Source of the DNA: an uncultured Methanosarcinales archaeon
GTDB taxonomy: Archaea; Nanobdellota; Nanobdellia; Woesearchaeales; ARS49
Length of the DNA stretch: 64,000 nt
Reading direction: 5' to 3'
NCBI GenBank assembly: GCA_964637115.1
Contig: CAZWVL010000004.1
Span: 75,258-139,257 of the forward strand
Under the pieces are notes generated by a model. The model was not told the DNA's origin. It saw only the letters and a list, made by a program, of their open reading frames with translations, and did no database searches. The position numbers were made by a program, and so were the translations under genes. Positions 25,515-34,887 of the stretch are shown one piece after another (within the stretch, counting starts at the first letter, position 1; each line of letters opens with the position of its first letter).

Positions 25515-26444
25515 TAAAGCTTCCAACTGAATAAACTCATCTGAGCCTTCCACCAGTCTGAACTCTATTTCTCCGCACTTGTCTATCAAACTGACTTTTT
25601 TCCTGCCTTCTATTTCTAAGTTCCAGATTTCGCTTTGTATTTGTTTTATCGCATCGAGGCCTGATAGGCCGTACCTTAACATGACATCAAGCAATTTCTC
25701 TCGCGCTTTTATAAAGTCTCCTTTCATCGCTGTTATTAGGACTTCTTTGACTTCTGCTGGCTCGGCTACTGATGCGAGAGAATAAACAGTTTCTGGAGTG
25801 ATATTTTTTGCCACCGCTGCACAGCTTTGTAGAATATTTACAACTCTTCTGCAGTCTCCTTCCGCAACTGTTACTAATGCGTTTTTTGCCTCTGTTGTCA
25901 TGGCTAGTTTTTCTCCTGAAATCACATTGTCAATGAGCGCGATTACGTGTTCTTTTGCTAGGGGCTTGAATCTGAATACTGCGCATCTGCTTTGTATTGG
26001 ATCAATTATCTTGCTGCTGTAGTTTGCCGCCATAATGAACCTGCATGTTGAGGTGTAGTTTTCCATTGTTCTGCGCAATGCTTGCTGTGCTTCTTTTGTA
26101 AGAGCGTCACATTCGTCTAGGAAGATTATCTTGAATGGCACGTTGCCGATGGCTTTTGTCCTAGCAAAGTCTTTAACTTTGCTTCGCACTATATCGATGC
26201 CTCTTTCATCGCTTGCATTGAGCTCAAGGAAATTTTCCCTATAGGATTCTCCAAAGAATGCTCGTGCAAGAACGAGTGCGAGGGTGCTTTTTCCTACACC
26301 TGCTGGACCTGAAAATAAAAGATGTGGGAGGTTTTTCTGCCTGACGAACGCCTCTAATTTTTCCACTATTTCTTCTTGGCCTTTCAGGTCATCGAACTTT
26401 TTAGGGCGGTATTTCTCTGTCCAGATAGTTGATGAATCCCCCAT
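25485..26444 (-). CDS. rfcS: Replication factor C small subunit
   Basis: WTEKYRPKKFDDLKGQEEIV, Walker A GPAGVGKST, IIFLDECDALT and SRC motif IIDPIQSRC. Confidence 0.95.
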   Translation of the reverse strand: MGDSSTIWTEKYRPKKFDDLKGQEEIVEKLEAFVRQKNLPHLLFSGPAGVGKSTLALVLARAFFGESYRENFLELNASDERGIDIVRSKVKDFARTKAIGNVPFKIIFLDECDALTKEAQQALRRTMENYTSTCRFIMAANYSSKIIDPIQSRCAVFRFKPLAKEHVIALIDNVISGEKLAMTTEAKNALVTVAEGDCRRVVNILQSCAAVAKNITPETVYSLASVAEPAEVKEVLITAMKGDFIKAREKLLDVMLRYGLSGLDAIKQIQSEIWNLEIEGRKKVSLIDKCGEIEFRLVEGSDEFIQLEALLAQFVLAGA

Positions 26445-26492
26445 AGTAAAACGACTAACGTAAGATTATAAAAAGATTGTTGTAGCTAAGAA

Positions 26493-26768
26493 TCAAACAA
26501 TGTCTTCTTCAGAAATGACTAGGAAGTCACCCATGGCTATTACTGCGCTGAATGGGATGAGTAATTCTCCTGACTTGCCTTTCTCGAGCTCGAGTTTCTC
26601 AGTATATTGTGTCGGATTCTTGAGAATAACGTGGATGAGCTCGCCTGATTTGGTTTCAAAGGCTATGTCTCCTACTTCTCCGAATCTTTTGCCGCTCTTG
26701 CTCACTACTGTTTTGCCGATGAGTTGCTTTGAGAATTTTTTTGCTTGATCGTCCATATGGCGTATCAC
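26493..26768 (-). CDS. PRC-barrel domain protein
   Basis: 91 aa. LIGKTVVSKSGKRFGEVGDIAFETKSGELIHVIL...LIPFSAVIAMGDFLVI matches the archaeal PRC-barrel pattern. Confidence 0.65.
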   Translation of the reverse strand: MIRHMDDQAKKFSKQLIGKTVVSKSGKRFGEVGDIAFETKSGELIHVILKNPTQYTEKLELEKGKSGELLIPFSAVIAMGDFLVISEEDIV

Positions 26769-26840
26769 CTTTCTTGAATGATAACACTTCCGAGAGTGAG
26801 ATTGTATTTAAAGCTTTCTGTTGAGGTTTTTGAGCAATTG

Positions 26841-26884
26841 TCAAGAACCACCAAGCATTAGATAATAATTGTGGTGGTTCTTGA
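26841..26884. other. Perfect 13-bp-stem hairpin in divergent intergenic region
   Basis: TCAAGAACCACCA (26841-26853) pairs with TGGTGGTTCTTGA (26872-26884). The loop is 18 nt and AT-rich. Confidence 0.7.
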
Positions 26885-26890
26885 GCATGC

Positions 26891-26930
26891 TCGGAAACCT
26901 CTCAATGGTTTCCGTGCAGGAGGTTTCCGA
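26891..26930. other. Hairpin with two alternative 3' arms
   Basis: TCGGAAACCTC (26891-26901) pairs with GAGGTTTCCGA (26920-26930). Alternatively CGGAAACC pairs with the nearer GGTTTCCG (26907-26914). Confidence 0.65.
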
Positions 26931-26990
26931 CATATAACTGGCTCTGGACGAAAATTTTACAGTGCTGTCTGTGAGCTTTAGTGCAAAACA

Positions 26991-27000
26991 TTTATAAAAA
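26991..27000 (+). promoter_or_regulatory. TATA-box-like element upstream of tyrS
   Basis: TTTATAAAAA lies ~25 nt upstream of ATG 27021. Confidence 0.45.
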
Positions 27001-27020
27001 GGGATACGGGTGTTGTTGAC

Positions 27021-28055
27021 ATGGACTTGGATGAAAGGTTTGAGCTTGTAAAGAGGAATACCCAGGAAATTATAACTGAGGAAGAACTGAAGGACTTGTT
27101 AAAAAAGAAAAAGCAGCCGGTTGTCTATTTGGGAACTTCCGTTACTGGCATGCCGCACATTGGTTATTTTGTCTGGGCTACCAAGATGGCCGATTTTATC
27201 AGGGCTGGTTTTAAGGTTAAAGTGTTGCTTGCGGATATTCATGGTGCGCTTGACAAAACTCCCTGGGAATTGCTTGAGAAAAGGTATGAATACTACAAGA
27301 TTGTTATTCCTGCATTGTTCGATTCAATTGGCGCGGATACAAAGAAAGTGGAAATTGTAAAGGGTAGTGATTTCCAGCTGAAGAAAGAGTTTATGTTTGA
27401 CGTGTTGAAGATGTCTACGTATGTTACCGTGCACGATTGCACAAAGGCCGCTTCTGAAGTTGTGAAGATGGAAGATAGCCCTAAATTGTCTGGTTTGATT
27501 TACCCAATCATGCAGAGTATTGACGAGGAATATCTGGATGTTGATATTCAATATGGGGGCATTGACCAGAGAAAGATTTTAGTTTTTGCGCGGGAAAATA
27601 TGCCTAAGCTTGGCTACAAAAGACGTGTTGAGATAATGACTGCTCTCGTGCCTGGCCTGACTCCTGGTGGCAAGATGTCAAGTTCTGAGAAGGCTTCAAA
27701 GATTGATTTGTTGGACAGCGAGAAAATAGTGAATGAAAAGATGAACGCTGCATTCTGCGAGCCGGGGATTGTTGAAAACAATGGTGTGCTTGCGTTTTTG
27801 AGATACGTTATTATGGTGCACAAGCAGGACAAGAAAGATGTATTTGTGATTGAACGTCCTGAGAAGTTTGGCGGCAAGTTGGAATACAAAACGTATGATG
27901 CTGTTGAAAATGATTATACTGCGAAGAAGCTTCATCCTATGGATTTGAAGAAGGCAGTTGCGAAGGAAATCAATAAACTCCTTGAGCCTGTTAGGAAAAA
28001 AATGAAAAGCAAGGAAAAGCTTGTGAAGGAAGCGTACCCTGATCATGTTTGGTAG
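27021..28055 (+). CDS. tyrS: Tyrosine--tRNA ligase (archaeal type)
   Basis: Close parallel to recalled M. jannaschii TyrRS: ...LVKRNTQEIITEEELKDLL..., HIGH-like MPHIGY, KMSSS, RPEKFGG...LHPMDLKKAVAKEINKLLEPVRK. Confidence 0.95.
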   Translation: MDLDERFELVKRNTQEIITEEELKDLLKKKKQPVVYLGTSVTGMPHIGYFVWATKMADFIRAGFKVKVLLADIHGALDKTPWELLEKRYEYYKIVIPALFDSIGADTKKVEIVKGSDFQLKKEFMFDVLKMSTYVTVHDCTKAASEVVKMEDSPKLSGLIYPIMQSIDEEYLDVDIQYGGIDQRKILVFARENMPKLGYKRRVEIMTALVPGLTPGGKMSSSEKASKIDLLDSEKIVNEKMNAAFCEPGIVENNGVLAFLRYVIMVHKQDKKDVFVIERPEKFGGKLEYKTYDAVENDYTAKKLHPMDLKKAVAKEINKLLEPVRKKMKSKEKLVKEAYPDHVW

Positions 28056-29058
28056 GTTGCAGAGAATTCTTCAGAATGAAAACATAGGCTTGGCGTTATT
28101 CTTCAACTCCGACGCGAATATAGCATATTTTGCCGGCGTGAAGCCCGATACAGCATGCTTGGCTATACCTTTGTCCGGAAAACCGGTGTTGTTTGTTCCG
28201 GGTTTTGAGGCGCCAAGGATGGCTAAGACCTCAACTATTGAAGTGGTGCAGGTTGGCAGGGATTTTCTAAAAACAGTGCACGGCCAGTTTCCTGCAGGAA
28301 AGATTGGCATTATGCCTGCTTCTATCAGTTATGACATTGCTCTAAAAGTGAAAAATGAATGGTCTGCTGAGCTTGTGAGCATCGAGGATTCGTGCCGTGA
28401 TTTGAGATTGGTAAAGACAAGGGAAGAAATTAAACGCATTACTAAAGCGTGTGCTATAACTGATGTGTTATTTGAAGAACTTTGCCAGAGTATGCACGAA
28501 TTCAAAACTGAGCGTGACGTTTCAGTTTTCTTGAACACGCGGATAAGTCAGTTTGGATTCGAGCCGAGCTTTCCGGCTATTGTAGCATCTGGCAGGAATG
28601 GAGCAACGCCTCATCACGTTCCCTCAAAGAGCAAATTACAGGACTTCACAGTCCTTGATTTTGGTATTATCTACAAAAATTATTGTTCTGACATTACACG
28701 AACTGTCTTTATCGGCACGCCAACAAAAAAAGACAGGAAAGTGTACGGCAATCTGTTAAGTATACAAAAGAAATGTGTTGCAAGAGTTAAGCCGGGCATA
28801 ACTTTGGAAGAAATCGATGAACTTGCTCACAAAGAAATTGGCCCTTCAATGAGTCACAGATTGGGACATTCTGTTGGCATTGAAGTGCACGACGTGCAGC
28901 CGAGGCCTTGGACTTTACAGCCCGGAAACATTGTAACGATTGAGCCTGGCACGTATACCAATTTTGGAATCCGTATTGAGGACGATATTTTAGTGGCTGA
29001 AAAAGGGCCTGTTTTATTGACGAGAGCATCGAAAGAATTGAGAGTCTTTAGACGATAG
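28045..29058 (+). CDS. M24-family Xaa-Pro peptidase
   Basis: Pita-bread fold motifs DFGIIYKNYCSDITRT, HRLGHSVGIEVHD and IEPGTYT..FGIRIEDDILV. Confidence 0.88.
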   Translation: MFGRLQRILQNENIGLALFFNSDANIAYFAGVKPDTACLAIPLSGKPVLFVPGFEAPRMAKTSTIEVVQVGRDFLKTVHGQFPAGKIGIMPASISYDIALKVKNEWSAELVSIEDSCRDLRLVKTREEIKRITKACAITDVLFEELCQSMHEFKTERDVSVFLNTRISQFGFEPSFPAIVASGRNGATPHHVPSKSKLQDFTVLDFGIIYKNYCSDITRTVFIGTPTKKDRKVYGNLLSIQKKCVARVKPGITLEEIDELAHKEIGPSMSHRLGHSVGIEVHDVQPRPWTLQPGNIVTIEPGTYTNFGIRIEDDILVAEKGPVLLTRASKELRVFRR

Positions 29059-29092
29059 CTTTAAATACCTTCATTCTTGTTGTTTTCAAAAG

Positions 29093-30250
29093 ATGACTGA
29101 GAAAGAATCTACTACAAAGGAAAGCACAGCGAAAGACAGCGTGTCATTCAGCTATCAGGCAGATATGTCTGGTTTGGAAGAGGAAAATCGTTTCTTAAGG
29201 GAAAGTGTCGAGAATCTTGAGCGTGAATTGGAAAAGTTCAGGCGCACTCCTTTGATTGCGTGTGAAGTGCGTGATTTTATTGACAGCAAAGCGCTTATCA
29301 GATTACCAAATGGCAATGAGTTCTTGGTTGATATCATGGATGGCTGCGATAAACTTGCAGTTGGAGACATGGTTTTGGCAGAGCAGAAGAACCTGACTAT
29401 CGTGCGCAAGATGCTACAGCTGAGAAGATTTGATGCTGATAAATTTGTCATTATAGAAAAACCAACAATTTCCTGGGAGCAGGTTGGCGGTTTGAAGGAT
29501 CAGGAGAATGAAATAAAGGAAGTTATTGAACTGCCTTTGATGAAGCCGGAATTGTTCAAGAAAGTCGGAATTGAGCCTCCAAAAGGTATTTTGTTGTACG
29601 GCCCGCCAGGAACTGGAAAGACTTTACTGGCAAAAGCAGTTGCTGCTTCTACCAAAAGCACGTTCATTGAAGTTGTTGGTAGCGAATTAGTTCAGAAATT
29701 TATTGGTGAGGGCGCGAAGTTGGTTAAGGAGATTTTCCAGCTTGCAAGAGAAAAAGCCCCAAGCATCATTTTCATTGATGAAATGGACGCGATCGCGGCA
29801 GTGCGTATGGACATTGGCACTTCCGGAGAGCGTGAAGTGCAGAGAACTTTTATGCAATTGTTGGCAGAGATCGACGGCTTTGACCCATTGGATAACGTGA
29901 AAATTATCGGCTGTACTAACAGAAAAGATATTTTGGATCCCGCAATCGTCCGCCCAGGACGTTTGGACAGGCTGATTCATGTTCCCATTCCAAACGAAGA
30001 AGCGAGAAAAGAAATTTTCAAGATTCATACGAAAAGAATGACCTTGGGCAAATTAAACACGGAAAAGCTTATCAAGATGCTGGAAGGCTTCAGTGGAGCT
30101 GAGATTAAGGCAGTTGCGACTGAGGCGGGTTACTTTGCCATTCGTGATAATAGAGTAAAAATTAAGGAAGCGGACTTTTTCGAAGCTGTCCAAAAGGTTT
30201 CTGCAGAAGTTGACATTGAAGGCGATGATTATCTTAGAATGTTCGGATGA
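29093..30250 (+). CDS. pan: Proteasome-activating nucleotidase (AAA ATPase)
   Basis: N-terminal coiled coil (LEEENRFLRESVENLERELEKF), OB region, Walker A GPPGTGKT, IIFIDEMDA. Confidence 0.92.
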   Translation: MTEKESTTKESTAKDSVSFSYQADMSGLEEENRFLRESVENLERELEKFRRTPLIACEVRDFIDSKALIRLPNGNEFLVDIMDGCDKLAVGDMVLAEQKNLTIVRKMLQLRRFDADKFVIIEKPTISWEQVGGLKDQENEIKEVIELPLMKPELFKKVGIEPPKGILLYGPPGTGKTLLAKAVAASTKSTFIEVVGSELVQKFIGEGAKLVKEIFQLAREKAPSIIFIDEMDAIAAVRMDIGTSGEREVQRTFMQLLAEIDGFDPLDNVKIIGCTNRKDILDPAIVRPGRLDRLIHVPIPNEEARKEIFKIHTKRMTLGKLNTEKLIKMLEGFSGAEIKAVATEAGYFAIRDNRVKIKEADFFEAVQKVSAEVDIEGDDYLRMFG

Positions 30251-31031
30251 CTTTCGCATCAATACAAATACGATATCTTCTTACGCCAACTTGTTGTGTT
30301 CTTACTACCCTTAATATTTTGCAGTTTTTCATCTTTCGCGCAGGTTCCTCAAGATTTTCCTCAGGTGCGAAATCATAAATATGCAGAATTGTTCCTTTTT
30401 TGGCGAATTTCATTAATGTTGAAAGTAATTTTACTCCTTCGTGTGGGATTGCAGAGATTATCCTGTCAAACTTTGCCAGTTTTATTTTTCTGATGTCTCC
30501 TTTTACACAAATAATCTTGTTTGACATTTTGTTGAGCTGCACATTCTTAATTGCATACTTGTGAGCAATTGGATTTGCTTCAACAGCAATTATTTGCTTT
30601 GCGGGAGAGTGTTTTGCAAGAACTAACGGATAAGGAGCAACACCTGAACCAACAACAAGGACCGTTTCTCCTTTCTTTACTTGTTTTGCAATTCTAATGC
30701 GTTCAGATCCTAGTCGTGGTGAGAAATAGCATTGCGCCGTATCTAATTTCATTAGCAATCCACTTTCTTTTTGTGTTGTTTCGTATCGTTTTTCTCCTGC
30801 AATGATGCGGAGTTTTTGTTTTCTGTACTTGCCTGTGTGCTCTCCGGCTGCTGCAACGACTTTGATGTTGCTGAAAAGTGTTAGAATTATTTTGCCGATT
30901 AGTTTTTCTTTCTTTTTGAGTTCTTTTGGTATTTCGATGATTAAAATATCTCCTATTATGTCAAAACTGGTCTTGAGTGCCTTCAATTCTTTGGCAGAAA
31001 GCTTGTTTTTGAGCGCTTCGCGCAAGTTCAT
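30234..31031 (-). CDS. trm5: tRNA (guanine37-N1)-methyltransferase Trm5/TYW2 family
   Basis: Met-10-type motifs CYFSPRLGSERIRI, GETVLVVGSGVAPYPLVLAK and IIAVEANPIAHKYAIKNVQLN. Confidence 0.8.
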   Translation of the reverse strand: MNLREALKNKLSAKELKALKTSFDIIGDILIIEIPKELKKKEKLIGKIILTLFSNIKVVAAAGEHTGKYRKQKLRIIAGEKRYETTQKESGLLMKLDTAQCYFSPRLGSERIRIAKQVKKGETVLVVGSGVAPYPLVLAKHSPAKQIIAVEANPIAHKYAIKNVQLNKMSNKIICVKGDIRKIKLAKFDRIISAIPHEGVKLLSTLMKFAKKGTILHIYDFAPEENLEEPARKMKNCKILRVVRTQQVGVRRYRICIDAKVIRTF

Positions 31032-32038
31032 GCAAAATCTCCTAATCCTTTTTGGTGTTTTGCCGGCGCAATGGCGTCAAGTGCCTTGTCAACTCTTTCT
31101 GCGCTGAAGTCGTGCTGTTCGACGAGGAAGTGATAAAGGCGTTTTCTATCGACAGGCTTCCATTCAAGTGAGTAATTGTCAGTCACCGGTATTTTTTTGA
31201 ATACGGTGAGGACTTCTTTCCAGTCAAACTCTGGCTTTAATGGCTCAAAGACCGCTTCTGGTGTTTCGTGCTGTCTTACAAGTGCAAGTCCTTTCTTTGG
31301 CCCGATACCCTTTACCCCGCCAGGAGCGTAGTCTGTTCCTGTGAGAATGGCTAGCCACATTAATTTTTCTTGAGTTATTCCAAGCGCCGTTAAATTTTCC
31401 TTAAGGTCGATAAGTGTCGGCTCTACAGTTGTAAACGCGAGCTTTCCTGGTACTTTTCTTCTTCCTTCTATCGATAGGTTCTGTAGGAGAATTGGTGTGC
31501 CGTGAAGAAGTGAATCGTAGTCTTGTGATGAGACTGCCCAGCCGTGGCCTTTCTTGACCATGTGCGCTGCTTGTGCTTCTCCTTCGCTTGGTGCTTGCAC
31601 CCATGGAATGCCAAGTCCTGTCAATAATTCTTGTGCCTGTGCGACCATGTCGCGGGTTAGTCGGGAAGTTCGTGCTGCATATTTTCGCATGGCTTCCGTG
31701 TCTTCTGTAGCGAGTGCGTGTTCATATTTCTGCGCGGCTTCTTTTTTTAATTCTGCTCTTTTTGCTAGTTCTTTGTGTTTTAATTCTGGAACTTGTCCGT
31801 CGAAGACAAATGCCAGTTTGATTCTTTTCTGCATTAAATTTGTGACGCGTGAAAATAGTCCTATTAAATGGCTGGTGACGTGGCCGTGGTGGTCTGTAAA
31901 CAAGCTGCCATCTCTGCCTCGAATGTTGCTGAGAAATTGGTACAGCATATTGTACCCGTCTACAATCAGTATCTTGCCGGCTAAGTCTTCAAATGTGACT
32001 GGATGTCTTATAATTATGTCTTTCAAATTGACTCCCAT
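31028..32038 (-). CDS. fen: Flap endonuclease 1
   Basis: MGVNLKDII...LAGKILIVDGYNMLYQFLSNIRGRDGSLFTD..GHVTSHL. C-terminal PIP-like QKGLGDFA. Confidence 0.95.
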   Translation of the reverse strand: MGVNLKDIIIRHPVTFEDLAGKILIVDGYNMLYQFLSNIRGRDGSLFTDHHGHVTSHLIGLFSRVTNLMQKRIKLAFVFDGQVPELKHKELAKRAELKKEAAQKYEHALATEDTEAMRKYAARTSRLTRDMVAQAQELLTGLGIPWVQAPSEGEAQAAHMVKKGHGWAVSSQDYDSLLHGTPILLQNLSIEGRRKVPGKLAFTTVEPTLIDLKENLTALGITQEKLMWLAILTGTDYAPGGVKGIGPKKGLALVRQHETPEAVFEPLKPEFDWKEVLTVFKKIPVTDNYSLEWKPVDRKRLYHFLVEQHDFSAERVDKALDAIAPAKHQKGLGDFA

Positions 32039-32039
32039 T

Positions 32040-32885
32040 TTAGACTTTTTTCACCGTTATTCCTTTTAATTGTGCGAGAACTGTTTGTGCTTGTTTCGTT
32101 AGCTCGCCGTCTGTCAGGAAAATGACAGGGAGTTTTTTGATTTGTCCTTGGACGTATGCCGCGCTGATGTCAGCATCTGTTATTTTTTTCTTGCTGCGCG
32201 CTTTGCAATAATAAGAGAGTATTCCTACTGGTGATGGAATCTCCACAATAAGGTCAAAATCTGTTTTCTTTTTCACGGTTGTTTTTTCGTGCAGTGTGAT
32301 GTTGTTTTGCGTGAAGAATCCGTGTAATTTGTCCCAGAAGTCTCCGCTTGGCGCCGTTGTTTTTGGCGCGAGTGTTTCCTGTACTGGTTTTGGCTTTGTT
32401 TCTTGTTTTGGCTCTGTTTGTAATTTTTGTGGCTGCAGGGCTTTTGGCGGCTCTAATCTCTCCCTAATAACTGCTTCTGCTTGTTTGTCATCCAGCTCAA
32501 ACCATTTCCAGAAGGTTTCTTGTCCATTCTCGTGCTGAACAATGAGTGGTTTTGCGAAGTCCTTGACTACTTGTAGTGAAACTCGTGTTAATGGGTCTGC
32601 TTCATTTTCGCGTATGATTTTTTCTTCCTGTAATAGTAAAACTGTCCTTCTGTCTTTTTCGTTTAGGCTGCTGATGTGGTTTAGCAGTTGTGCCTCTTTT
32701 CCTGGCACGTAATAGAGTGGTGATCCTCCTACCTTGAGCGTGGATGTTTTTAGCAGTCCTTTGGAGCACATTTCTGAGAGCATTGCTCCTGCAAGTATGC
32801 TGTTTGTGCTGAGTGCTTTTGCAACGCCAGTAGGCAGTAAGGGGGCATTTTGTGCTAACCCAAGTATTTTGTCTCTGTATTCCAT
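32040..32885 (-). CDS. Hypothetical protein: N-terminal winged-helix-like region, P/Q/K linker, C-terminal nuclease-fold-like region
   Basis: 281 aa. No family recognised. The domain guess rests only on sequence patterns (GVAKALSTNSILAGAMLSEMCSKGLL; DFDLIVEIPS...YYCKARSKKK). Confidence 0.55.
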   Translation of the reverse strand: MEYRDKILGLAQNAPLLPTGVAKALSTNSILAGAMLSEMCSKGLLKTSTLKVGGSPLYYVPGKEAQLLNHISSLNEKDRRTVLLLQEEKIIRENEADPLTRVSLQVVKDFAKPLIVQHENGQETFWKWFELDDKQAEAVIRERLEPPKALQPQKLQTEPKQETKPKPVQETLAPKTTAPSGDFWDKLHGFFTQNNITLHEKTTVKKKTDFDLIVEIPSPVGILSYYCKARSKKKITDADISAAYVQGQIKKLPVIFLTDGELTKQAQTVLAQLKGITVKKV

Positions 32886-32918
32886 AAGAAAAATTCAAAT
32901 GTCTGGCTATTTAAGTTT

Positions 32919-33446
32919 TTAGGGACGGAGCCATCTGGCTTCCCAGTAGCTGACATCTCCTTCGTCATCTACAACTGCTATCAAGAGGCGTTTTTTTGTG
33001 CTGTGCGCTACTCTGTTTTTTGCTGCAAAGTCCTGCCAGGTCATTTTTTGTGATTCTTTGACTGGGTAGACTATCCATTTTGCGTGGTCTTGTCCTGGCT
33101 TGACTCCTCTTTCGTATATTCTGAAGTCTGCGCCGAACTTTAATGCTGTCTTGATGACGTATCCTCTGTTTCTAAAATCTTTGAATACTGCGTATCTTGT
33201 CCAGAAATCGTGCTCTAATTTTGCTGCTTTTTTGCCGAGCTTGTCAGAATTTATTGACTTGCTTCTGCCGTCAAGAACGTTTATTCTTTTCTTTTCAGCA
33301 AGGTAGACTGCTTCCAAAAGAGAGAGCTTTACTCTGCCATCTGCAAGCTGAGTGCCATAACTGTTTTTTTCGAATAATTCTCTGGCTTCCGGGCTGTTTT
33401 CAGTTACAACGGCTTCTTTTATGAGCAATGTTTTTATTTCTTGCAT
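32919..33446 (-). CDS. endA: tRNA-splicing endonuclease
   Basis: LSLLEAVYL..., YAVFKDFRNRGYVIKTALKFGADFRIYERG...HAKWIV matches the homotetramer-type EndA pattern. Confidence 0.9.
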   Translation of the reverse strand: MQEIKTLLIKEAVVTENSPEARELFEKNSYGTQLADGRVKLSLLEAVYLAEKKRINVLDGRSKSINSDKLGKKAAKLEHDFWTRYAVFKDFRNRGYVIKTALKFGADFRIYERGVKPGQDHAKWIVYPVKESQKMTWQDFAAKNRVAHSTKKRLLIAVVDDEGDVSYWEARWLRP

Positions 33447-33489
33447 AATATTGCCTCCAGTATATAGGTTTAAAAACCTTTGCCATACC

Positions 33490-33496
33490 TTTATAA
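33490..33496 (+). promoter_or_regulatory. TATA-box-like element upstream of rnz
   Basis: TTTATAA is centred ~27 nt upstream of ATG 33520. Confidence 0.45.
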
Positions 33497-33519
33497 GTAT
33501 AGAGGAGAAAATTCAGCAA

Positions 33520-34410
33520 ATGCAAATTACGTTTTTGGGCACATCGTGTATGATGCCGACAAAGGAAAGAAACCCAAGCGCGGTCTTTATGCAGTTTAAG
33601 TCAGATGGCATTCTATTTGATTGCGGCGAGGGCACTCAAAGACAGATGAAAATAGCAGGTATTCCTTTGTCTAAGGTTACAAGGATTTGCATTTCTCACT
33701 GGCACGGCGACCATATTTTAGGCTTGCCAGGTATGCTTCTGACAATTGCATCTTTGGATCTTAGCAGGAGTGTTGAAATTTATGGTCCCAGGGGAAGCAA
33801 GAAGGCGTTTCAGGCTTTGTTTGGTGGTATTGAGTTTGAGACTAAGTTTAACATCAAGATTACTGAAGTGCACGAGGGAATGTTTTTTGAGGATGAGGAT
33901 TTTGCTTTGGAAAGTTTGCCGATGAAGCATCCCGTGCCTTGCGTTGCTTTTGCGTTCATCGAGAAGGATAGGAGAAGAATCAAGGTTGATTATGTGAAAA
34001 AACTGGACATTCCAGACGGCCCATTATTGGGAAAGTTACAACGGGGAGAAAATGTTGAGTTCAAGGGAAAGAAAGTTTTGGCAGATGACGCTACCACATT
34101 GATTAAGGGAAGGAAGATTGTTTTCATGACTGATACGCTCATTAATGATAATTGTTTCAAATTGGCTGCGAATGCCGATATGTTGATTATTGACAGCACT
34201 TATTCCAGTAAATTAAAGGATAAAGCTATCGAACACGGTCACTTGACTGCATTAGAAGCCGGCCAGATTGCATCACGTTCAGGTGTAAAGAAATTAGTTC
34301 TTACTCATTTCAGCGCCCGCTACAAAAACACTTCTGAATTGGAAGAAGATGCAAGAACTGCATTTGATAATGTGATTTGCGCTCACGATTTTATGCGAAT
34401 TACGCCGTAG
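33520..34410 (+). CDS. rnz: Ribonuclease Z (tRNA 3' endonuclease)
   Basis: MQITFLGTSCMMPTKERN...FDCGEGTQRQM...SHWHGDHILGLPGML. The tracked ORF starts at 33421, but the conserved N-terminus and TATA spacing favour 33520. Confidence 0.9.
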   Translation: MQITFLGTSCMMPTKERNPSAVFMQFKSDGILFDCGEGTQRQMKIAGIPLSKVTRICISHWHGDHILGLPGMLLTIASLDLSRSVEIYGPRGSKKAFQALFGGIEFETKFNIKITEVHEGMFFEDEDFALESLPMKHPVPCVAFAFIEKDRRRIKVDYVKKLDIPDGPLLGKLQRGENVEFKGKKVLADDATTLIKGRKIVFMTDTLINDNCFKLAANADMLIIDSTYSSKLKDKAIEHGHLTALEAGQIASRSGVKKLVLTHFSARYKNTSELEEDARTAFDNVICAHDFMRITP

Positions 34411-34467
34411 ACCATACAAAAAGGTAGAGGATTTGGGAAGACTAGGAAACCTTGAGCAGATTTGGGT

Positions 34468-34821
34468 TTAAGATTTCTTTATGGACAACTTACCAATATA
34501 TCCTGCCACGAAGAACACTATTAAAAAGATTAGAAACGCGAGCCCTAATTCTTCTATCCCTCCCCTGATACTGTTTATTGCTCCCGTTGTTGCAAGAACG
34601 ACTAAGCCAATTGTTGCACCTGATTTAAACGATGCAAGCTGAGGATATTTTCTTGAAAAAACAATCACTGAAGCCAGCACAAGTGCTGCAAGCAAAATTA
34701 GGTGATACAAACCATTGGTGGTAATTAGCCCTAGCAAGTAAAACAGAATCGAAGTAATAATCACATTTCCAATAGACCAACTAAATAAATCAACTTCCAT
34801 AGTTTCTCCAACAGAATCCAT
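34468..34821 (-). CDS. Small integral membrane protein (3-4 TM), unknown function
   Basis: 117 aa, almost entirely hydrophobic segments. Confidence 0.5.
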   Translation of the reverse strand: MDSVGETMEVDLFSWSIGNVIITSILFYLLGLITTNGLYHLILLAALVLASVIVFSRKYPQLASFKSGATIGLVVLATTGAINSIRGGIEELGLAFLIFLIVFFVAGYIGKLSIKKS

Positions 34822-34887
34822 CTATTTAACTTTTATGGTTGAAATTCAAAAATCTCACGTTTTCCTGCGGTTTAAATCAATATTAAT

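Noticed and set aside
26841-27020. T-box-like or leader-attenuator control of tyrS
   Set aside because: The TATA-like box (26991-27000) lies between the hairpins and the ATG at leaderless spacing. The hairpins are therefore probably not in the tyrS mRNA, and T-box riboswitches are bacterial.
33421-33519. 33-aa N-terminal extension of RNase Z
   Set aside because: It overlaps the divergent endA start and contains the TATA-like box. The conserved RNase Z N-terminus begins at MQITFLG (33520).
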